Positions 26,801-33,300 of a DNA stretch of 64,000 nt are shown here, in pieces. The DNA comes from an uncultured Candidatus Peribacteria bacterium (GTDB taxonomy: Bacteria; Patescibacteriota; Gracilibacteria; Peribacterales; Peribacteraceae): NCBI GenBank assembly GCA_964635215.1, contig CAZWNJ010000003.1, positions 44,015-108,014 on the forward strand, written 5' to 3'. Below the pieces are notes generated by a model that worked only from the letters and a program-made list of their open reading frames with translations, was not told the DNA's origin and ran no database searches. The translations under genes were made by a program, and so were the position numbers. Positions within the stretch are counted from its first letter, which is position 1; every line of letters begins with the position of its first letter.

Positions 26801-27007
26801 AAGCGTCTCGATCTTGCCGTCGTCATTCCGCCGCTCGATAACGCCGCCCTCCTGGAAGAATCGCTCGCCATCCGCGCCAGTGCGGCCAAGCGTGAGCTCA
26901 CACTGATTGAAAGTACGCATCTCTTTGCCGAGTTGGGTGAGGCGCTGGTGCAAGACACCATTGAATCGCTTCCCTGCCGCCCAAATCCCTACGCCACGGG
27001 GCTATAA
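23897..27007 (+). CDS. carbamoyl-phosphate synthase large-subunit (CarB) homolog with degenerate catalytic motifs
   Basis: Colinear with CarB over about 1036 aa: two ATP-grasp halves, an oligomerisation region and an MGS-like C-terminal domain. Conserved motifs are replaced; see the finding. Confidence 0.7.
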   Translation: MSSHPLDAQPAQEGDEPKRRTILVLGAGPDDAAMFENSLCETVAAYSAAGYAVVLVAPDFLPITTANRFYQLPLIPEFLERVIATERPQSIVISAAGQSALAAGLELEARNILRRYSVSVLGTPSERLLELTERPLGLLELGPIGTDVQKSIACHTLDESLRAAEFLGYPVLVRDRDGFAAEARDVVTLKEHVRHALLSHEEVLIQESTCGWRELQFIVAGDQSGQTRVLAELECFDPQSDGALEPIFITPIQSLPDTELLSLRSSAESLAATLGIIGVSTVSVAVERRHGHRRLLTLTPRLSRSVGIAARVRGLPLSRLAAELTLGKLLDTHSLPSPASQPLITISLPAVSPRPGAGRPEHPMHIATGEVMASGTTFIEALQSAIRMQSIGADGLLPLPFTFTDLRRELTTPGPRRLLAIANAMEGEWSVQELAILTGIDLHYLKAIEECVTLKRALLQLGNEALTEDLLWRLKRAGFSDRSIAAVRSQKPEELTDLRRSLGVRPKLRTAYVSGPNAATFYLSYSGEIDRALPVTPILITAPGPTASAAGRSGTVCLQETLGVLRAQGEQPILLTPDPWSVRATDNTTLILTELSPENVAEIATILEPKNVVTWTGGEIPAAVIAALGEAGTPLLGTAASEVITIDDPRRLAALCTELGLPQPDWREAADMDSALAAAELAGYPILIRGSRGLTKGRTVVARTAEELRSWLGAPGLGRDAHMMMARAQFGESVDIDAVAQDGALVALSIAEHVERFALHDDSASTVLPAQMLTLHMLRQLKTVAGRLAAALNISGPFSLQFLTERGSVFLLGIEMRLSRNAALVPLACGQNLPRLAIEAALGLCTETNVIVADSDHVVVQVGQNRTRGETTRRRSTVSLGETTSQALLTGFVGLGLRPPERSLLLCIDSLDDLTTLLPTIRNLHDKGFVLLATTNAHEFLQARSIPSGLLYRPSEPRSPNVMEYVEQKRLDLAVVIPPLDNAALLEESLAIRASAAKRELTLIESTHLFAELGEALVQDTIESLPCRPNPYATGL

Positions 27008-27035
27008 CCGCATTGCACGCCGGCCGGACCCCTCC

Positions 27036-27041
27036 TATACT
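27036..27041 (+). promoter_or_regulatory. -10 box TATACT, 8 nt before ATG 27050
   Basis: Motif spacing only. Confidence 0.45.
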
Positions 27042-27049
27042 CCCTCGGC

Positions 27050-27640
27050 ATGCACTACGACGACCCCACCGACGACGATATTCAGGATGACGAACTGAGC
27101 GCTGGCGCTTCACGCTCCAGCCACAGTGACGATGTCATTTCCGCGGAAGAGGATTCGGGCGATGAGTCCGAGACCCTCGTCACCAAGGAAGGCTTAAAGA
27201 AGCTGAAAGAGGAGCTCGACCACCTGAAGAGCGTCCGCCGCCGCGAGGTTGCACAGCGCCTCAAGGAGGCCATTTCGTACGGAGACCTCTCGGAGAACTC
27301 CGAATACGAAGAGGCAAAGAATGAACAAGCCTTCGTCGAAGGTCGCATCATCGACCTCGAAGAGAAGATTAAGCACGCCAAGATCATTACCGAGAAGCGC
27401 ACGATCGTCGGCAAGGAAATCACGATCGGCTCGACGATCACGATTCGCCGCCAAGAGAAGGAGAGTGATGAGCCTGAGACCTACACGATCGTCGGCGCCA
27501 CCGAGGCCGATCCCTTCAAGCAGAAGATCAGCAACGAATCCCCGATCGGGCGCAGTCTGCTTGGTCGCTATAAGGGCGACAAGCTGACAGTCCAAACGCC
27601 TTCCGGCAACGTTGCGTACGAAATTATTAAGGTCGCCTGA
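27050..27640 (+). CDS. greA: transcription elongation factor GreA with about 45-aa acidic N-terminal extension
   Basis: KEGLKKLKEELDHLKSVRRREVAQRLKEAISYGDLSENSEYEEAKNEQAFVEGRIIDLEEKI, preceded by a D/E/S-rich tract. Confidence 0.9.
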   Translation: MHYDDPTDDDIQDDELSAGASRSSHSDDVISAEEDSGDESETLVTKEGLKKLKEELDHLKSVRRREVAQRLKEAISYGDLSENSEYEEAKNEQAFVEGRIIDLEEKIKHAKIITEKRTIVGKEITIGSTITIRRQEKESDEPETYTIVGATEADPFKQKISNESPIGRSLLGRYKGDKLTVQTPSGNVAYEIIKVA

Positions 27641-28062
27641 TGTTTGCTGATGACACTGCCGCCGGCTCGGCTCCTGCTCCTGCCGCCGGTGCCGCCGCTA
27701 CGTCTGTCGTCATTCCTGACGCTGTAAGGGCGCAGTTCGGCGAGCTCATCGAGCTCATCCTCAAGTCCGAAAGTATGAACAATGAGGAGCGGCAGTACTG
27801 GGTGAATATCCTGCCGGTCATGACTCCGGAACAGGTGCAGAACCTCCGCGACATCCTTGAGAACGAGAAGAAACAGCTGGCCGCGATCGACCAAAAGTAC
27901 AGCAAGGACATGAATTCGGTCGATCAGAAGCAGTTCGTCGCACAGGTGGACGAGGAACGTAAGCGCCGCTTGGCTGAGCGCGCCGCCGCCGAACAGAGTG
28001 CCAAACAGACCGAAGACAAAACGGCTGAGGACCTCCTCAATCAAATCAACGCGGCCGGCTGA
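27640..28062 (+). CDS. conserved-looking small hypothetical protein (ERQYW motif), translationally coupled to greA
   Basis: The ATG overlaps the greA stop (TGATG). Motif SMNNEERQYWVNILPVMTPEQVQNLRDILENEKKQL. Confidence 0.6.
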   Translation: MFADDTAAGSAPAPAAGAAATSVVIPDAVRAQFGELIELILKSESMNNEERQYWVNILPVMTPEQVQNLRDILENEKKQLAAIDQKYSKDMNSVDQKQFVAQVDEERKRRLAERAAAEQSAKQTEDKTAEDLLNQINAAG

Positions 28063-29044
28063 CCGCAGGCAGGAGGAGTGCCAAGAGCAAACGGTCGATC
28101 GCGGCCTGGATTTCATTGGGCGCCTCGTCGCTCGCTCGTAGCTCGCCATTCTTCAGGGAACGATCCAGATCGACAGCGAGTCGGACGAGCGCGACGATAG
28201 AGCGCTGATCACGACCGCGTACGAACGTCGCCAACGCTTGTGCCATCGGAAACGGCACGCCGCCGTCACGGACAGCCGCAGAGCTGTCGCCTGTTTCGTG
28301 CACGGCAGCGAACATCACCGCGGCATGGCGAACGAATAGGAGCAAGGTGTTCCAGAGTTGAAAGGCTTCGCCGCCGCGCTGTAAAAAACGATGAGCGAAA
28401 GTCATGGCCTCACGCGCCTGGCCTCGGCCGATGAGATCGGTGATGCGCCAAATGACGCCTTCGTCGGACGGTGACACAAACTCCTCGACGAGTGCGCGAT
28501 CAATCGCACGACCAGCAGCGGCCAGCGCCAGTTTCTGCACTTCACTCTGCAACAACGCTTGATCGTCGCCAACCATCTCGAGCAGCGTCGCCTCGGCCCC
28601 GGCAGCGAAGGACGCACCGGCGCTGCCTGCCTCCTCGCGCAGCCACGCCTCCACCTGGCGGCGGTTCAAGGCGGGAAAGTCTTTCACGGCGTCGGCAATC
28701 GCCTCCGGCCCCTTGGCCGTCGCTGCCTTCTTGCGGCCGCGGGCGGGCGTCGCCGGCTTGCGAGCGACAAGGAGGAGTAGGACACCGGGATGGATGGAAT
28801 TTTTGACCGTTTCCCACTCCTCGGACGAGAAATCCGGGATCGGTTCGACAATGACGAGTCGCTTGGAGGCGAGAAAAGGCATGACGGCAATGTCGTCGAG
28901 GAGAGCGCGGAGTGTGATCTTCTCGCCGTCCACATGACAAAGATTGTCCAAACCATGCTTTTGGGCAAATTCCTTGGACCAACGGCGTCTCTCCGCTGCC
29001 AGGGCGAAGGCGTTGTCGCCACTGAAGAGATAGATTTGAGCCAC
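28046..29044 (-). CDS. holA: DNA polymerase III delta subunit HolA
   Basis: QIYLFSGDNAFALAAERRRW...MPFLASKRLVIVE... is a typical HolA N-terminus. 332 aa. Confidence 0.8.
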   Translation of the reverse strand: MAQIYLFSGDNAFALAAERRRWSKEFAQKHGLDNLCHVDGEKITLRALLDDIAVMPFLASKRLVIVEPIPDFSSEEWETVKNSIHPGVLLLLVARKPATPARGRKKAATAKGPEAIADAVKDFPALNRRQVEAWLREEAGSAGASFAAGAEATLLEMVGDDQALLQSEVQKLALAAAGRAIDRALVEEFVSPSDEGVIWRITDLIGRGQAREAMTFAHRFLQRGGEAFQLWNTLLLFVRHAAVMFAAVHETGDSSAAVRDGGVPFPMAQALATFVRGRDQRSIVALVRLAVDLDRSLKNGELRASDEAPNEIQAAIDRLLLALLLPAVSRPR

Positions 29045-29050
29045 GAAAAG

Positions 29051-29056
29051 ACTCTA
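29051..29056 (-). promoter_or_regulatory. -10 box TAGAGT (minus strand), 6 nt before GTG 29044
   Basis: Motif spacing only. Confidence 0.4.
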
Positions 29057-29152
29057 GCGCATGTCTGTACAGCCGTCAGTCTCCTCATCTATTGCGACCT
29101 ATTAGCTAAATACGTCAATACCACGCCGGTTGAGAGGGTGGCGTTCTTGGCC

Positions 29153-29158
29153 TATAAT
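29153..29158 (+). promoter_or_regulatory. -10 box TATAAT, 8 nt before ATG 29167
   Basis: Motif spacing only. Confidence 0.5.
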
Positions 29159-29166
29159 GGAGAGAA

Positions 29167-29505
29167 ATGTTTGGACAAACACCCACCCCGAAACAGGCCC
29201 TGCGCACGGCGCGCATTCTTGGACTCGGACTGCTGAGCGTCACGACTGCCTTCGCGATTGGCATGCGCTCGGCGAATGATGTGACGCCGATTGCGCCGAT
29301 TCAAGCAAATGAGCTCCTCACGCTGACTGGCGATTTGAACGGTGATGGTCTTGTGACAATGGCGGACGTCGACGTTGCCCTCACGTTAAGCCAAGGACGA
29401 TTGGAACCCACTCTTGCCCAGCTGCGCGCCGATCCTAATCACGACGGTGCCATCACCGAGGATGACGCCCTCGCCATTCTGCGTTCTCTCCCACCCGCCC
29501 TCTAA
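29167..29505 (+). CDS. small membrane-anchored/secreted dockerin-domain protein
   Basis: Two Ca-binding dockerin repeats: DLNGDGLVTMADVD and DPNHDGAITEDDAL. The N-terminus is hydrophobic. Confidence 0.7.
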   Translation: MFGQTPTPKQALRTARILGLGLLSVTTAFAIGMRSANDVTPIAPIQANELLTLTGDLNGDGLVTMADVDVALTLSQGRLEPTLAQLRADPNHDGAITEDDALAILRSLPPAL

Positions 29506-29512
29506 GCTACCC

Positions 29513-30919
29513 ATGACCGGACGCCTCTCCGCCCGCCTACTGGCCCTGACCGTGCTCCTGACTTCCGTCATGAGCCCGATGGCCCTGGCGCAAATGCCGA
29601 CCGCAAACTTCACGTTCTCTGCACACTGCGACATTGTCCCCGCTGGCAGCGGATCGTTCGCAGGTGAGCTGCCTATCCCTGGCAACAACTCGGGCAACGA
29701 CTGTATGCCCTTTACTGTCCAGAACGACGGTTCGATGTTTGTGACGCCAGATATCGCTTCGGGTGCGACGCTGGCCATGGATCTCTACCTCCAGAATCCG
29801 AATAAGATCTCGATCACTCGCGTCAATGCCTGGTTGGCCTATGATCCGCAGACGCTCACCGGCGTGACGCTCACCGTCAGCTCGTCTTTCCCCAATGTCC
29901 AAGCGAATGAGACGGGATTCTTCTCAAGCAATGGTTACGCCAAGATCACGGCCAAGGCAGGTGCAACGCCTTCGAACGACGAGCGTGTGCTCGTTGGTAC
30001 GGTCCGCATGAAGGTCATCAACACACTTAGCCCCAGCACGGTCATTAGTTTCTTCGACGTCGGCACAGGCCTGACCGGCAAAACCGTCGCCGTCAGTGGT
30101 ATCGGTTCGGGCGAGACGCTAGTCCTGGGCGCCAAGCAACCATCACTCATGGTGCGCCTCGCGCCAACATTCGTCGCTAGTAGCTCGTCATCCTCGCCCG
30201 CAACGTCGTCGGGCATCACCGTCGCCCCCACATCATCGAGCTCGTCTGTTAGTAGCTCGATCGCATCGGCATCCTCCTCAAGCATCACATCCGTGACAGT
30301 TGTGTCCAATGCATCCAGTTCCAACATGAAAGCAGCTGCGCCGGTGCAACCAATCGTCACGACGCCGGTTCAGCCACAGGTGACGACCACGACGTTCTCT
30401 CAGCCGACAACTGACTTCCGCGGCATGCAGGTGCAGGCGCTGTCGATTGGTACTCAGGGCGGAAGCGCCATGCTGGCCTGGCAACCGCTGAACACAAAGA
30501 GCGTACAAGGCTATCACCTCTACTACAGCACCGTCTCTGGCGTGTACACCCAGCGGCGCACACTCACGGCTGACGCCTCAAGCGAGATCGTCACCAATCT
30601 GCCTGTCGGGGACACCTATTACTTTGCCATCCGCGCCTTCAACGCCAGCGGCGTCGAGAGCGCCTACAGCCGCGAGGTCGGCATCATCATCGGTCGTCCC
30701 GAGACATCCACTGCCCCGCTCACGGCCAATCTGACGTCCCCCATGCCCATCACACCGACAGCAACCTACCAGCCGCTGCCCACGAATAAGAATAAGACCG
30801 TTGCCGGTGCTACCGGTTCGTCTGACATCTTCAACATCTTCCTCGGCATCGCCGCCGTGGTCGGCATGTGGGCGGCCTTCCGCCGTCAGTTCGCCAGCTC
30901 CCCCGTCGCCGCCGTATGA
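29513..30919 (+). CDS. surface protein: cohesin-like domain, Ser-rich linker, fibronectin type III domain, C-terminal TM anchor
   Basis: Signal peptide MTGRLSARLLALTVLLTSVMSPMALAQ. Cohesin-like ITRVNAWLAYDPQTLTGVTL...GTVRMKVIN. FN3-like LAWQPLNTKSVQGYHLYYS...YYFAIRAFNASGVES. C-terminal IFNIFLGIAAVVGMWAAFRRQF. Confidence 0.6.
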   Translation: MTGRLSARLLALTVLLTSVMSPMALAQMPTANFTFSAHCDIVPAGSGSFAGELPIPGNNSGNDCMPFTVQNDGSMFVTPDIASGATLAMDLYLQNPNKISITRVNAWLAYDPQTLTGVTLTVSSSFPNVQANETGFFSSNGYAKITAKAGATPSNDERVLVGTVRMKVINTLSPSTVISFFDVGTGLTGKTVAVSGIGSGETLVLGAKQPSLMVRLAPTFVASSSSSSPATSSGITVAPTSSSSSVSSSIASASSSSITSVTVVSNASSSNMKAAAPVQPIVTTPVQPQVTTTTFSQPTTDFRGMQVQALSIGTQGGSAMLAWQPLNTKSVQGYHLYYSTVSGVYTQRRTLTADASSEIVTNLPVGDTYYFAIRAFNASGVESAYSREVGIIIGRPETSTAPLTANLTSPMPITPTATYQPLPTNKNKTVAGATGSSDIFNIFLGIAAVVGMWAAFRRQFASSPVAAV

Positions 30920-31893
30920 CCCCTGTTAATCCTCACTGGGATGTCACCGATACGCCGAAGCGTGCCGGGTCGGCTGTTGCTAAAACGGCCAGTCCAACGT
31001 TGAACCTGCCTGTAGCCATCCCCCGTGGCTCCCCCCGTCCGGCAGCGATGCTCGGCGTATTGTTCGTGGTGGGAACTGGGCTCTTCCTGAGCGTACAGAA
31101 CACTCCCCTCAGCGGTAGCGTCACATCGAAAACCATCAACCTGACGAGCTCGGGTTTCAGTCAGACCACGATCAATGTGAATCAGGGCGACACGCTCGCA
31201 TTGCGCAACGGCGATAACGTCACGCATACAGTCCAGATTATCAATCCCATCAGTGGCCGTGATCCGCTTGTGTCCATCACCCTGATGGCACGCCGGGCCG
31301 GTGTGATGACGATCTTGGAAAGTATTCCGACAGGCACGTACACGCTCAGCACCGCCGACCCTATTCCGGCCATCGCTCAGCTGAACGTTGGCGCCGGCGA
31401 TGGTTCTGTTGATACGTCAGTGCCGGTCCCAAGTACGTTCGGCTCGACGAACACAGATTCGCCCTCCACCGGAACCAATGGCACTCAGAACGTGGGTGGG
31501 CAACCTGTCATCGATCTGGGCAACGGCTCGGCGTCATCTCGCACAATCCCCAGCGTGACTAATCCGGTCGACGCACCGCTGCCATTCGGGGGCGGCGCCG
31601 AAAACGCCATCGACACCTTCCCGATTGAAGTGAATCCGTACGCCCTCGGCAACGGACCACTGCACCCGAGTGCCGCAGCCACCACCGTCACTCAGACCGC
31701 TCTGCCCACTTCCGTATCGCAACTGGCCGGTGTGAGCGCTACTGAAACGCGCTCCTACCCGAACACCAGTGCCACCTCCGCCCTGGGCGCTCTACCCAGG
31801 CAACCGAGCAGCGGCGCCGAACTGTGGGTGGCGATCGCCGCCGCCCTTGTCGGTTTCTGGTTCTTCGTCCGTCGGATGACCGTCGCAAATTGA
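30916..31893 (+). CDS. surface protein with cupredoxin-like beta domain and C-terminal TM anchor
   Basis: ATGA start/stop overlap with the previous gene. INVNQGDTLALRNGDNVTHTVQI. C-terminal LWVAIAAALVGFWFFVRR. Confidence 0.5.
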   Translation: MTPVNPHWDVTDTPKRAGSAVAKTASPTLNLPVAIPRGSPRPAAMLGVLFVVGTGLFLSVQNTPLSGSVTSKTINLTSSGFSQTTINVNQGDTLALRNGDNVTHTVQIINPISGRDPLVSITLMARRAGVMTILESIPTGTYTLSTADPIPAIAQLNVGAGDGSVDTSVPVPSTFGSTNTDSPSTGTNGTQNVGGQPVIDLGNGSASSRTIPSVTNPVDAPLPFGGGAENAIDTFPIEVNPYALGNGPLHPSAAATTVTQTALPTSVSQLAGVSATETRSYPNTSATSALGALPRQPSSGAELWVAIAAALVGFWFFVRRMTVAN

Positions 31894-31931
31894 AGGCAGA
31901 ATCTCCGCGGGGAAACCGAGCCCAATGAAAC

Positions 31932-31961
31932 TTGACAATTCATCGTTTTTGCAGGTATTGT
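31932..31961 (+). promoter_or_regulatory. csrA promoter TTGACA-18 nt-TATTGT
   Basis: Read directly upstream of csrA. Confidence 0.5.
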
Positions 31962-32034
31962 CGGAGCACCTGTGGGTCGACCGGCAAGACGCCAGTCGCT
32001 GCCACGGGCGGTCTAGAAGCACAGGAGGCTTCAC

Positions 32035-32247
32035 ATGCTCGTTCTCGCACGCAAGAAGGGTGAATCCATCGTCATCAACCGTGACATCACGGTGACGATC
32101 TTGGACATCCAAGGGGACCGGATCCGGCTGGGTATCGACGCTCCAAAGGACGTACCCGTGCATCGACAAGAGGTGTACGACCTCATCGCTGCAGACGCCG
32201 CGAACGGCAACCCCAACCCGGTCGGTGATGATGCCGGCCAAGCGTGA
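32035..32247 (+). CDS. csrA: carbon storage regulator CsrA
   Basis: [53 protein letters not shown] lies 6 nt upstream. Confidence 0.92.
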   Translation: MLVLARKKGESIVINRDITVTILDIQGDRIRLGIDAPKDVPVHRQEVYDLIAADAANGNPNPVGDDAGQA

Positions 32248-32295
32248 GACAAGCGACCATTTCCGACACCCGCGTCTCCGGAGAGACGCACAACC

Positions 32296-32330
32296 CCCGG
32301 TTTACATGGAGAGTAAACCGGGATTTTTTA
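32296..32330 (+). terminator. intrinsic terminator after csrA
   Basis: CCCGGTTTAC-loop-GTAAACCGGG followed by ATTTTTTA. Confidence 0.8.
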
Positions 32331-32358
32331 AAAGGCCCGGACACATGCATGTCCGGGC
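32323..32358 (-). terminator. hairpin terminator for the 32379..32879 gene
   Basis: GCCCGGACA-loop-TGTCCGGGC palindrome, followed on the minus strand by CTTTTAAAAAA. Confidence 0.55.
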
Positions 32359-32378
32359 GTCTGGCTCTGTACCAGTGG

Positions 32379-32879
32379 TTACTTCGTGGGCGTGTTCTGG
32401 GTTTTATCCCACTTCGGTTCGATGAACACGACCGCCTTGGCTTTCCCTTGCACGCTATAGGCCGTGCCGGGCGTGATGTAGACGAGGTCGCCGCTCTTCA
32501 GACGTTGTGCCTTACCGTCGAGCGTGACCGTCAACTCCCCCTCAAGTACGAGGATCGACTCGGTGCAGACGCTGTTTCGGCGACTCCCCTCTTCAGGATA
32601 GCGTCCGTCTTGGACGATCGTCGCAACCGACAGACGGTTCGTCGGACAGTCGGCGTAGAGCGTGCACTTGCCGCCGGGGATGTCGTACGTCTTCGCGTCC
32701 GCTACAGGGACGACCATTGCCGGAATTTTCGGCGACGGGATGGTGACCGGCGGATTGTCGGGCGGATCGGACTTGGCGACAATTGGCGTCGATGCGGGCG
32801 GGCGGTAGAAGTAGGAGAAGATCAGGATACCGACGATGACCGAGGCGAGGGCAGCAACGCGGCGTTGTGAAGGAGACAC
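32379..32879 (-). CDS. membrane-anchored cupin-fold protein, paralog of 35947..36294
   Basis: N-terminal TM plus a Pro-rich linker. The cupin core is roughly half identical by eye to the 35947 product (YxIxGGxCxLYxDCPTxRLS...VQDGRYP...VFIEPKWD). Confidence 0.7.
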   Translation of the reverse strand: MSPSQRRVAALASVIVGILIFSYFYRPPASTPIVAKSDPPDNPPVTIPSPKIPAMVVPVADAKTYDIPGGKCTLYADCPTNRLSVATIVQDGRYPEEGSRRNSVCTESILVLEGELTVTLDGKAQRLKSGDLVYITPGTAYSVQGKAKAVVFIEPKWDKTQNTPTK

Positions 32880-32973
32880 GGGAACCTCCAGTGCGAAAAG
32901 AGTTTGAAAGGGCGAAACGCGGGCGCACTGTAGGGAAAGTCTTGGCGTCAGGAAATGGATTTCAACGATTTTC

Positions 32974-33001
32974 TTGACGCAAAGAAAATGAGGTCTACGA
33001 T
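32974..33001 (+). promoter_or_regulatory. promoter TTGACG-16 nt-TACGAT with no adjacent CDS
   Basis: Read directly. It points toward the 33301 gene, 300 nt away. Confidence 0.45.
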
Positions 33002-33007
33002 ACGCCG

Positions 33008-33152
33008 CAAGTGAAGTCCATGTACATTTGCGCCGGCCGCCACCTCTGGAACGTCTTTACGACGAAGAGAGGCGGGCACGTGTCGCAATAAGGACTCACG
33101 GATTACAGAAGCGACTCACAAGCCCCCCTCTCGAAAGACCGGGGGGCTTTTT
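33008..33152 (+). ncRNA. candidate small RNA or terminated leader with GGA-loop hairpins ending in an intrinsic terminator
   Basis: Bounded by the promoter at 32974-33001 and the terminator at 33121-33152. It contains hairpins with GGA in their loops and a possible 23-codon uORF at 33020-33091. Confidence 0.35.
33121..33152 (+). terminator. orphan intrinsic terminator; no plus-strand CDS ends upstream
   Basis: AGCCCCCC-(TC-GAAA-GA)-GGGGGGCT followed by TTTTT. Confidence 0.75.
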
Positions 33153-33214
33153 GGACTCTCACAGCACCGTATCCTCGACCAGGCAGCATGCCGATCCCCA
33201 GGGGTCGTCATCCT

Positions 33215-33256
33215 GCCCGACCGACGCAAAGGAAAGGCATCACTAACCGGTCGGGC
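33215..33256 (+). promoter_or_regulatory. leader hairpin with AAGGAAAGG in its loop, upstream of the 33301 gene
   Basis: 9-bp stem GCCCGACCG/CGGTCGGGC with a 24-nt loop. Confidence 0.5.
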
Positions 33257-33300
33257 TGTTGCCCGCACCACATCCACACCCCGTTGAAAGGACTACGACC

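Noticed and set aside
33028-33246. 72-aa plus-strand ORF inside the structured leader
   Set aside because: It runs straight through an intrinsic terminator and a stable hairpin, has a non-ATG start and no SD, and is Arg/Pro/Ser-rich. The region is better explained as RNA.
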